Source of the DNA: Propionibacteriaceae bacterium
Lineage (GTDB): Bacteria; Actinomycetota; Actinomycetes; Propionibacteriales; Propionibacteriaceae
Reading direction: 5' to 3'
Length of the DNA: 64,000 nt
NCBI GenBank assembly: GCA_016717345.1
Contig: JADKFR010000002.1
Coordinates: forward strand, 246,040-310,039
Shown here: piece after piece, positions 25,959 through 33,789 of the stretch
How the letters are laid out: every line of letters starts with the position of its first letter
Position numbering within the stretch: position 1 is the first letter of the stretch
Notes under the pieces: model-generated
What the model saw: only the letters and a program-made list of their open reading frames with translations
Told to the model about the DNA's origin: nothing
Database searches by the model: none
Position numbers and translations under genes: made by a program

Positions 25959-27488
25959 ATGAGCGTCATCGTCCTCGACCCGGCCGCGTGCTACCGCGCC
26001 GTCCAGTCCCGGGATCGGCGCTTCGACGGCATGTTCTACACCGGGGTGACCTCCACCGGCATCTACTGCCGGCCCAGTTGCCCGGCGCGCACCCCCGAGG
26101 CGAGCCACGTGGTGTTCCACCCGTCCGCGGCCGCCGCGCAGGCCGCCGGGCTCCGGGCGTGCAAGCGCTGCATCCCTGACGCCACCCCCGGCAGCCCGCA
26201 GTGGGACGTCACGGCCGATGTGGCCGGACGGGCGATGCGGCTGGTCAACGACGGGGTCGTCGATCGTGAGGGGGTCCCGGGGCTCGCCCGGCGCCTGGGG
26301 TACACCCCTCGCCATCTCACCCGGCTGCTGACGCGGGAACTGGGTGCCGGGCCGCTCGCTCTGGCCCGCGCCCGGCGCGCCCACACCGCCCGCGTGCTCA
26401 TCGACTCGACCGAGCTCGGCTTCGCCGAGGTGGCCTTCGCCGCCGGCTTCAGCTCCGTGCGGCAGTTCAACGACACGATCCGTCAGGTGTACGCCCTGAC
26501 CCCCACCGCGCTCCGCGGGCGCCGCGGGCATCCATCCGCCACGCCCGGTGGCATCCGGCTGCGGCTCGCCGTCCGGACCCCCTTCCACGGGAGCAGCCTG
26601 CTGGGGTTCCTCGCGGCCCGGACGCTGGCGGGGGTCGAGTCGGCCGGCGAGGGTTGGTACGCCCGGACGCTGGCCCTGCCCCACGGGCCGGGCACGGTTC
26701 GGCTCGAGCTGCCGGACATCGCCGAACCGGGGACGACCGCCACCCTGGCCGCCGAGTTCCGGCTCGCCGACCTGCGTGACATCGCCGCGGCACTGGAACG
26801 CCTCCGGCGGCTCCTGGACGCCGACTGCGACCCGGTCGCGGTCGGTACCGCCCTCGGGAGCGACCCGCTGCTCGGCCCGTTGGTGCGCCGCCGGCCCGGC
26901 CTTCGGGTGCCCGGTCATGTCGACGGGGTCGAGGTGGCGGTTCGCGCCATCGTCGGGCAGCAGGTCAGCGTCGCCGGAGCCCGGACGGTGCTGACGCGCC
27001 TGGCCCAGGCCCACGGCGAGCGCGTCGACCTGCCCGGCGCCCCGGCCGAGCTCACCCACCTGTTCCCGCGCGCCGAAACCCTGGCACGGCTCACCCCCGA
27101 CGACCTGCCGATGCCCCGGCTCCGGGGCCGGGCCCTGATCGCGACCTGCGCGGCGCTCGCCGACGGCAGTCTGGCCCTGGACCGGAGCGCCGAGCGGCCT
27201 GCGACCCGGCAGGCACTGCTGGCGATCCCCGGTGTCGGCGCGTGGACGGCCGACTACATCGCGCTGCGGGCCCTCGGTGATCCCGACGTCTTCCTGGCCG
27301 GCGACCTGGGCACCCGCGACGCCCTGCGCGCGCTGGGTCACGATCCCGCCACCGCTGCCGCTCTCGCCGAGCGCTGGCGACCCTGGCGCTCCTACGCTCA
27401 AGCCCTGCTCTGGACGAACCTGACGAGCCCTCCGGCGACCGCCGGCAACGGGCTCACCACCGAACCACCCGACAAGGACACCCCATGA
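25959..27488 (+). CDS. alkA: Ada regulatory domain / AraC HTH / AlkA 3-methyladenine DNA glycosylase II fusion
   Basis: 509 aa from the ATG at 25959. It has the Ada Zn-binding N-domain (FYTGVTSTGIYCRPSCPAR...ACKRCIPD), an AraC-type HTH (FSSVRQFNDTIRQVY) and a C-terminal HhH-GPD glycosylase region (IPGVGAWTADYIALRALGDPDVF). The upstream 59 codons of the track ORF were rejected. Confidence 0.9.
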   Translation: MSVIVLDPAACYRAVQSRDRRFDGMFYTGVTSTGIYCRPSCPARTPEASHVVFHPSAAAAQAAGLRACKRCIPDATPGSPQWDVTADVAGRAMRLVNDGVVDREGVPGLARRLGYTPRHLTRLLTRELGAGPLALARARRAHTARVLIDSTELGFAEVAFAAGFSSVRQFNDTIRQVYALTPTALRGRRGHPSATPGGIRLRLAVRTPFHGSSLLGFLAARTLAGVESAGEGWYARTLALPHGPGTVRLELPDIAEPGTTATLAAEFRLADLRDIAAALERLRRLLDADCDPVAVGTALGSDPLLGPLVRRRPGLRVPGHVDGVEVAVRAIVGQQVSVAGARTVLTRLAQAHGERVDLPGAPAELTHLFPRAETLARLTPDDLPMPRLRGRALIATCAALADGSLALDRSAERPATRQALLAIPGVGAWTADYIALRALGDPDVFLAGDLGTRDALRALGHDPATAAALAERWRPWRSYAQALLWTNLTSPPATAGNGLTTEPPDKDTP

Positions 27489-28072
27489 AGACCCTCGTCA
27501 TCGACTCTCCGATCGGGCCCCTGCGGCTCCGGGCCGAGAACGGCCACCTCGTCGCCGTCGACTTCTCGCCGTTCACCGAGCTCCCCGAGGCGCCCCAGAG
27601 CCTGGCCGCCGAAGCCACAGCCGACGCCGCCACAGCCGACCACGACGCCACGGCCGGCGTCCTGACGTCAGCGGCCGACCAACTGCGCGCCTACTTCGCG
27701 GGCGCGCTGACCAGCTTCGCCCTGCCGCTGGCGCCGGCCGGCACCGACTTCCAGCAGCGCGTCTGGCGCGAACTGCAGCGGATCGATTACGGCCAGACCG
27801 CCAGCTACGGCGAGGTGGCCCGCCGCCTGGGCCTGAGCGCCGCGGCCTCCCGTGCGGTCGGCCTGGCCAACTCACGCAACCCGATCCCGATCGTCATCCC
27901 TTGTCACCGCGTGATCGGCAGTACCGGGGCGCTGACCGGGTACGCCGGAGGCATCGCTCGCAAGCGCACCCTGCTGGAATTGGAGCGGCCCAGCCTGATC
28001 CCCACCGGACCAACCGAGTCACCCCTCAGCGACCCCGCCGCACCCTCCATTGCCGGGGAGCCCGCGATCTAG
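27485..28072 (+). CDS. ogt: methylated-DNA--protein-cysteine methyltransferase
   Basis: 195 aa. The active site is [23 protein letters not shown]. The start forms an ATGA overlap with the alkA stop. Confidence 0.9.
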   Translation: MKTLVIDSPIGPLRLRAENGHLVAVDFSPFTELPEAPQSLAAEATADAATADHDATAGVLTSAADQLRAYFAGALTSFALPLAPAGTDFQQRVWRELQRIDYGQTASYGEVARRLGLSAAASRAVGLANSRNPIPIVIPCHRVIGSTGALTGYAGGIARKRTLLELERPSLIPTGPTESPLSDPAAPSIAGEPAI

Positions 28073-28121
28073 ACTGGCCGGAGCGGACGGGAAGCGCCCG
28101 CCGGGGCGAAGCGGGGATCGC

Positions 28122-28745
28122 ATGCAACAACTCACTGACCGGGTCTGGTGGATCACCGAGGCCGTGGGCGCCCACTGCTACCTGATCGACCACCCGGACG
28201 GCCTGGTCCTCATCGACCCCGGAATGTCGCTCGGCCTGAACCGGGTGGCCCATGCCCTGCACGCCTCCGGACGCTCGCCGCGCGCGGTCAGCCACCTCCT
28301 GCTCACCCACTACGACGCCGACCACGCCCAGGTGGCCGCCGCATGGCAGCGCCGGACGGGCGCCGGTGTGTGGCTGGGGGCCGCCGATGCCGCGATCCTG
28401 ACCGGAGCCGCGGCGATCCCGACCGGCTTCCGTCGCCTGATGGGCGGCGTCCTGGGCCTGCCCGAATTGCCCGGAGGACTGCACCTCGTGGAGGGCCGCG
28501 ACGAGATCCTGCCGGGGATCGAAGCCGTCCCCACCCCGGGCCACACCCCCGGCCACCTCGTCTTCACCTCTGCCGACGTGGTCTTCCTCGGCGACTCGGC
28601 GATGGTGACCAGCCAGGGAGCCCTCACCCCGCTGCCGCCGTTCCTCAACTGCGACCCGGTCGCCGTCCAGACCTCCCTGGCGGTCGTGGAGGACCTCGAC
28701 GTGGCGTGGCGCTGCGCGGGCCATTCCGCGCCCCGCCGCCGCTGA
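28122..28745 (+). CDS. MBL-fold metallo-hydrolase
   Basis: 207 aa from the ATG at 28122 (MQQLTDRVWWI...). It carries the metal motifs LLLTHYDADHAQ and PTPGHTPGH. Confidence 0.8.
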   Translation: MQQLTDRVWWITEAVGAHCYLIDHPDGLVLIDPGMSLGLNRVAHALHASGRSPRAVSHLLLTHYDADHAQVAAAWQRRTGAGVWLGAADAAILTGAAAIPTGFRRLMGGVLGLPELPGGLHLVEGRDEILPGIEAVPTPGHTPGHLVFTSADVVFLGDSAMVTSQGALTPLPPFLNCDPVAVQTSLAVVEDLDVAWRCAGHSAPRRR

Positions 28746-28762
28746 GTCGGCCGGGCCCGGGA

Positions 28763-30034
28763 TCAGCTGAACAACGCCTGGCCCACGAACTGGCCCGCGG
28801 CGACCCCCGGCGGCACCGCCCACAGGCCCGAGCCGACGTGCCGCAGGTACTCCTGCAGCAGGTCGCTGCGGGCCATCGCGGTCTGCATCGGGATGTAGTG
28901 CGTTCGGGGATCGACCACGAAGGCGATGAAGAACAACCCGGCGGACAGCCGTCCCAGGGTGTTGCTGCCGTCGACGTAGTTGTAGCCCCGGCGCAGCAGG
29001 CGCACCCCGTTGTTGCGGTCGGGATGGGCCATCGCCAGGTGCGAGTCCGGATCCACCAGCGGCCGCCCCTCGCGTCCGGCCAGCGCGAAGTCCGGCGCGG
29101 TGAACTCGGTGCCACCCGACAGGGGGGCGCCTTCGGCCTTGGTGCGGCCGATGAACGTCTCCTGTTCGCGCAGCGAACCCCGGTCCCAGGTTTCGATGTG
29201 CATCGCGATCTTGCGGGCGACCAGGTAGCTGCCGCCATCCAGCCACCCGGCCTTCGGGTCGTGGCCGGGTGCCGTCCAGACGTGGCTGTCGAGGCCGGCG
29301 GTGTCTTCGGCGCGCAGGTTCGCCGTCCCGTCCTTGAACCCGAACAGGTTGCGGGGGGTGACCTGGTCGGAGGTGGTGGACGAGGTCCGTCCGAATCCCA
29401 GTTGCGACCAGCGCAGGGACGCCCGGCCCATGGCGATCCGGGTCAGGTTCCGGATCGCGTGGACGGCGACCTGCGGGTCGTTCGAGCAGGCCTGGACGCA
29501 CACGTCCCCATCGCTGGCGGCGAGATCGAGGGCGTCCCCCGGAAAGTGCGGCAGCCGGTTCAATGCCTCCGGCCGGCGGGCGGCGATCCCGAAGCGGTCG
29601 CGGCCGGTCGGGCCGGCGAACAGCGACGGCCCGAACCCGAAGGTGATGGTGAGCCCGGCCGGATCCAGGCCGATCGCCTCGCCGGTGTCGTCCGGGGGAG
29701 CATCGTACGGCCCGGACAGCGGCCCGAACGTGCCCGCCCCGAGCCCCTGGGTCAGGCGCGAAGCGGCGGCCGTCCAGTCCCGCAGCAGCCCGATCAGGTC
29801 CTCCCTGGTCGCCGACGGATTCAGGTCGAAGGCGCCGAAGTGCAGCCGGTCCTGGGCCGCGGTCGTGATCCCGGCCTGATGGACGCCGTAGAACGGGTGG
29901 GTGGTCCCGGTGGGCTGCCGCGCGGCCTCGCGGCCGGAGGCGTACAGGGCCCCGGAGCCGGCCAGCGCGAGGGCCGCGCCGGCGCCGACCGATCCGATCA
30001 GTCCGCGCCGGGACAGCCCCGACGCGTCGGTCAT
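28763..30034 (-). CDS. efeB: Dyp-type peroxidase / deferrochelatase EfeB (Tat-exported)
   Basis: 423 aa. It has a twin-arginine signal (LSRRGLIGSVGAGAALALAGSGA) and a DyP core (GFKDGTANL...RRGYNY). It is the third gene of an efeUOB arrangement. Confidence 0.9.
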   Translation of the reverse strand: MTDASGLSRRGLIGSVGAGAALALAGSGALYASGREAARQPTGTTHPFYGVHQAGITTAAQDRLHFGAFDLNPSATREDLIGLLRDWTAAASRLTQGLGAGTFGPLSGPYDAPPDDTGEAIGLDPAGLTITFGFGPSLFAGPTGRDRFGIAARRPEALNRLPHFPGDALDLAASDGDVCVQACSNDPQVAVHAIRNLTRIAMGRASLRWSQLGFGRTSSTTSDQVTPRNLFGFKDGTANLRAEDTAGLDSHVWTAPGHDPKAGWLDGGSYLVARKIAMHIETWDRGSLREQETFIGRTKAEGAPLSGGTEFTAPDFALAGREGRPLVDPDSHLAMAHPDRNNGVRLLRRGYNYVDGSNTLGRLSAGLFFIAFVVDPRTHYIPMQTAMARSDLLQEYLRHVGSGLWAVPPGVAAGQFVGQALFS

Positions 30035-31197
30035 GCCAGCACCGCTGAGGCCAGCTTCGACAGTGGTTCGCTCAGGGTGTTCACGGCGTCGGACAGCGAC
30101 TTCACCTCCGCTGGGCTCAGCTTGTCGTAGGTGACGAACCCGTCGCCGGACCGGTGCCGGTCGAGGAGTGCCTGCAACCCGGTGAACGCCGTCTCGATCT
30201 GGGTGTCGAGGGCCGCGTTCTTGCGCTTCAGCAGGTCACGAAGGCCTTCCCAGGCGACGCGGGCGCCGTCCACGTTCGCCTGGAAGTCCCACAGGTCGGT
30301 CCGCGACCAGTACTCCTCTTCGCCGGTCACCTTGCCGGTGGCCACCTCGTCGAGCAGGCCCTTGGCGCCGTTGGCGATGGCGTCGGCGGAGAACGACATC
30401 GTGCGGGTGCGCTCGACCAGCAGCCTGGTGTTGGCGAGCAGGTCTTCGGCGTACGTGGCGCGCTCGGCCGGCTTCAGGGCCTGGTACCCCTTGGCCCGGG
30501 CGGGCCACAGGTCCTTCTCGAGGCGGTGCCACCCCGTCCACTCCTGGCCCTCCTCCAGGTCGGCCTCCCGCAGGTCCATCTTGGGATCGAGGTCACCGAA
30601 GGATTCCGCGACCGTCTCGATCCGCTCCCAGTGGACCCGGGTCGGGGCGTAGAGGGCGCGAGCCTGATCGTCCTTTCCGGCGGTGTAGGCGGCGACGAAC
30701 TCCTGGGTCCCACTGAGCAACTGCTCGGCCTGGTCCCGCACGTACGCTCCGTACAGCGCGTCGGCGGCGGCCACCAGGGCAGCGTCGTCCCCGGTCGGGC
30801 CGACCGGCTCACCGGAGTCGCTGACCACGAACGGGGCTCGGATCCCGGCGCCCACCATGCCCGGCTTGCAAGCGGTGACGTAGCTGCCTGCGGGCGCGCT
30901 CAGCACCAGGTCACGGGTGAGGCCGGGACCGATGTTCTCGACCTCAGCGACGATCCGCAGCCCGTCGGCGGCCAGCAGGTAGAACTCATTGATGGTCGTG
31001 CCGGTGTTGGTGACCGAGAACGTCAGGGTGCCTGAGGGTGCCGTCTGGGCGCTGAGGCCGCAGGTGCTGTCGGACGCGGTGACCGACAGCGCCCGCAGGT
31101 CGCCGGGAGTGGACGCCGGGGCGTTGTCGGTGCAGCCGGCGAGGGCGAACAGGGTCGCCGTCAGGAGGAGCGCAGGGGTCTTCATGACGCCTTTCAA
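30031..31197 (-). CDS. efeO: iron uptake system component EfeO (cupredoxin + M75 domain lipoprotein)
   Basis: 388 aa. It has a lipobox (LFALAGCTD), an N-terminal cupredoxin-like region and a C-terminal HxxE-type M75 region (GWHRLEKDLW). The stop forms an ATGA overlap with the efeB start. Confidence 0.85.
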   Translation of the reverse strand: MKGVMKTPALLLTATLFALAGCTDNAPASTPGDLRALSVTASDSTCGLSAQTAPSGTLTFSVTNTGTTINEFYLLAADGLRIVAEVENIGPGLTRDLVLSAPAGSYVTACKPGMVGAGIRAPFVVSDSGEPVGPTGDDAALVAAADALYGAYVRDQAEQLLSGTQEFVAAYTAGKDDQARALYAPTRVHWERIETVAESFGDLDPKMDLREADLEEGQEWTGWHRLEKDLWPARAKGYQALKPAERATYAEDLLANTRLLVERTRTMSFSADAIANGAKGLLDEVATGKVTGEEEYWSRTDLWDFQANVDGARVAWEGLRDLLKRKNAALDTQIETAFTGLQALLDRHRSGDGFVTYDKLSPAEVKSLSDAVNTLSEPLSKLASAVLA

Positions 31198-31217
31198 TCA
31201 GGTGGTGGGAAGCCGGA

Positions 31218-32096
31218 TCAGGCCGCGACGCTGGTGTGCGAGACGGGCTCCGGGCTGGTGGGGACGGGGGGTGCCGCCGGGGGGGCGGGACGGGTGACCC
31301 GGCGGACGAAGAGCGTCCCCACGGTGGCGACGTAGGCCACCCACACCACCACCTCCAGGACGGTCGCGGCCGGCGAGAAGTTGAAGATCCCCTTCAGCAG
31401 GGTGCCCAGCACGCTGCCGGGAGGAACCTGCGCGGAGACGTCGAAGGCGAGTGTCGTCAGGCCGGGGAGGACGCCGGCTTCCTGGAGGTCGTGGACGCCG
31501 TAGGCGAGCACCCCGGCAGCGACCACGATCAGGAAGCCGCCGGTGATGGCGAAGAAGCGGCTCAGGTTGATCCGGACGGCACCGGCGTAGATCAGGTAGC
31601 CGAGGGCGACCGCGATCGCGATGCCGATCAGCGCCCCCACGAGGGGTTCGGCGGCCGAGCCGCCGTCGCCGACGACGGACTTCGTGGCGGCCCAGACGAA
31701 CAGGGCCGTCTCCAGACCCTCCCGTCCCACGGCGAGGGCTGCGATCAGCGGCAACGACCAGGGCTTGGCCTGGGCCGCCTCGAGCTGCCCGCGCAGGTCG
31801 GTGGCCAGGGTGCGCGAGGCCGAGGCCATCCAGAAGATCATCCAGGTCACGAGACCGACAGCCAGGATGGACAGCGAGCCCCCGATGATCTCCTGGGCCT
31901 GGAAGCTCAACCCTTTGGGCCCGAAGGTCAGCGCCGCACCGAAAGCCAGCGACACCCCGACGGCGAGACCGACACCGAGCCAGATCAACGGCAGCTGCCG
32001 GCGGCGCCCGGTCTTGACGAGGTAGGCGATCAGGATGCTGACGATCAGGGACGCTTCGAGCCCTTCGCGCAGTCCGATCAACAGGTTCGCGAACAT
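31218..32096 (-). CDS. efeU: FTR1-family high-affinity iron permease EfeU
   Basis: 292 aa with 7 TM segments and two REGLE motifs (LREGLEASLIV, GREGLETALF). Confidence 0.9.
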   Translation of the reverse strand: MFANLLIGLREGLEASLIVSILIAYLVKTGRRRQLPLIWLGVGLAVGVSLAFGAALTFGPKGLSFQAQEIIGGSLSILAVGLVTWMIFWMASASRTLATDLRGQLEAAQAKPWSLPLIAALAVGREGLETALFVWAATKSVVGDGGSAAEPLVGALIGIAIAVALGYLIYAGAVRINLSRFFAITGGFLIVVAAGVLAYGVHDLQEAGVLPGLTTLAFDVSAQVPPGSVLGTLLKGIFNFSPAATVLEVVVWVAYVATVGTLFVRRVTRPAPPAAPPVPTSPEPVSHTSVAA

Positions 32097-32112
32097 CCCA
32101 TCCCTCCCGCAC

Positions 32113-32131
32113 TTAGGTGAGCCTTCCCTAA
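32113..32131. promoter_or_regulatory. candidate IdeR/DtxR-type iron box upstream of efeU
   Basis: TTAGGTGAGCCTTCCCTAA matches 17 of 19 positions of the degenerate IdeR consensus TWAGGTWAGSCTWACCTWA. It lies 17 bp upstream of the efeU ATG. Confidence 0.55.
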
Positions 32132-32367
32132 CAAGCTCTGGAGAGAGATTATCGCAACTTCAACCGCAACAAAATCATTGACCGTAGTGGCGACCACCAG
32201 CTGAGACCGCGGGGGCCCAGTTCCACCGCCTTCGGGCGGTCAGCGCCAGTCCGCCGCAGCCGGAAGGACGGGGGCGTACTTCTGCCCCCCGGCTGACCTG
32301 CGCCCGGCCCGCCGACCAGCCCCTCACCGCCCAGGTCGGGCCCGGTTGCTCCCGGCGACGCGGAGTG

Positions 32368-32392
32368 AAAAACTGGTTGGCTGCCCAACCAG
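32368..32392 (-). terminator. intrinsic-terminator-like hairpin on the minus strand (no obvious gene to terminate)
   Basis: On the minus strand it reads CTGGTTGG-GCAG-CCAACCAG followed by TTTTT. This is a perfect 8-bp GC-rich stem followed by one of the very few T5 runs in the window. It lies 33 nt upstream of the plus-strand MFS start. Confidence 0.4.
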
Positions 32393-32424
32393 GGCACCCA
32401 CCGTGAATCCCGAAAGACCGTGCA

Positions 32425-33684
32425 ATGACCTTGTCCCGTGGCGGCCGAGCCCTTCTCACGAACCGGGCGTTCGTGACGCTGCTGGTCGCGCGGACGGTCT
32501 CGATGCTCGGCATGGCGTTCGCGCCGATCGCGCTGGCCTTCGGGGTGCTCGCCCTCCCAGGCGCGGACGCCGGCACGCTGTCGATCGTGCTGGCGGCCCA
32601 GATGGTGCCGCTGGTGGTGTTCATGCTGCTCGGCGGGGTCGTGGCCGACCGGCACCCGCGCTCGATCGTGCTGGTCTGGGGTGAACTGCTGAGCGCGGCG
32701 GCCTGGGGGTCGATCGGGGTGCTGATGCTGATCGGCTACACCCCGGTGTGGCTGCTGTGCGTGGCCGCCTCGCTGGCCGGCATCTCCGGCGCAGCGGTCT
32801 ACCCCGCTCTCAACGGCATCATCCCCGACCTCGTCCCGGCGCCGGAGCGGCAACTCGGCAACGCCTGGCTGGCGATGGGGGCGAGCGCGGCCCGACTGGC
32901 CGGCCTGGTGGCCGGCGGGGCCGTCGTGGTGTGGCTCGGTGGCGGCTGGGCCATGATCACCGCCGGGGCGCTCTACCTGCTGGCGGGAGGCCTGGTGCTC
33001 GGGCTTCCGCGCGTCGAGGGCACGCTCGCCGATCCCGCGGACAGCCCGTTGCGGCAGCTCATCGACGGCTGGGGCGAGTTCAGTTCGCGACAATGGCTGT
33101 GGGTGGTGGTGGTGCAGTGGTCGGTGCTGATCATGGCGTTGCAGGCCTCGCACGGCGTGCTGGGTCCGGTGGTGGCCAAGGCCGAACTGGGCGGCGCCCC
33201 GGCGTGGACGCTGATCCTCGCCGCCGAGGCCGTGGGGGCGATCGTGGGCGTCGGACTGTCGATGGTGTGGCGTCCGGCCCGTCCGATCCTGGCAGCCACG
33301 CTGCTGACCTTCACCGCCGGGGTGCCGGCGGTGTTGCTGGGCATCAGCGCCCCGTTGTGGACGATCGCCGCCGCGGCCTTCGCGATGGGTATCGGCTTCG
33401 ACCTGTTCGGGGTCTGGTGGATGACGACGATGCAGAACGAGGTACCGCCGGAGTCGCTGTCCCGGGTCGCCTCCTATGACGCCCTCGGCTCGCTGATGCT
33501 CGGCCCGGTCGGGCTGCTGCTCGCCGGGCCCGCCACGCTGCTGGTCGGGGCCCACGCTTCGCTGATCGCCGTCGGAGTGGTCACGGGGGCGACCACGGTC
33601 TTCGCGCTCGCCTTCCCCGAGGTGCGCCAACTCCGCGCCCGGTCCCACTCGCAGCCGGAGCTGTCCTCCGTCCCCTCCACCTGA
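32425..33684 (+). CDS. MFS transporter (EntS/MFS_3-like)
   Basis: 419 aa with 12 predicted TM segments. The N-terminus (LLTNRAFVTLLVARTVSMLGMAFAPIALAFGVL) is typical of the enterobactin-exporter-like MFS subfamily. Confidence 0.8.
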   Translation: MTLSRGGRALLTNRAFVTLLVARTVSMLGMAFAPIALAFGVLALPGADAGTLSIVLAAQMVPLVVFMLLGGVVADRHPRSIVLVWGELLSAAAWGSIGVLMLIGYTPVWLLCVAASLAGISGAAVYPALNGIIPDLVPAPERQLGNAWLAMGASAARLAGLVAGGAVVVWLGGGWAMITAGALYLLAGGLVLGLPRVEGTLADPADSPLRQLIDGWGEFSSRQWLWVVVVQWSVLIMALQASHGVLGPVVAKAELGGAPAWTLILAAEAVGAIVGVGLSMVWRPARPILAATLLTFTAGVPAVLLGISAPLWTIAAAAFAMGIGFDLFGVWWMTTMQNEVPPESLSRVASYDALGSLMLGPVGLLLAGPATLLVGAHASLIAVGVVTGATTVFALAFPEVRQLRARSHSQPELSSVPST

Positions 33685-33789
33685 GCTCAGGCGACATCTG
33701 GTGACCTTCGATCCGAGCGCGTTGCCAGCGTTGTAGCGTGACAGTGCCGCCGGCATCACCGGCATCACGACTTCAAAGGCGAAGACATC

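Noticed and set aside
28751-28760. CCGGGCCCGG palindrome between the convergent MBL hydrolase and efeB genes
   Set aside because: Such a short GC-only palindrome is expected by chance at this composition. It has no flanking T/A tract and is too short to call a terminator.
32149-33768. 539-aa minus-strand ORF as the gene terminated by the hairpin at 32368-32392
   Set aside because: Its translation is Arg/Gly/Asp/His/Gln-rich with no hydrophobic core or motif, and it lies exactly antisense to a well-formed 12-TM MFS gene. It is not credible as a protein.
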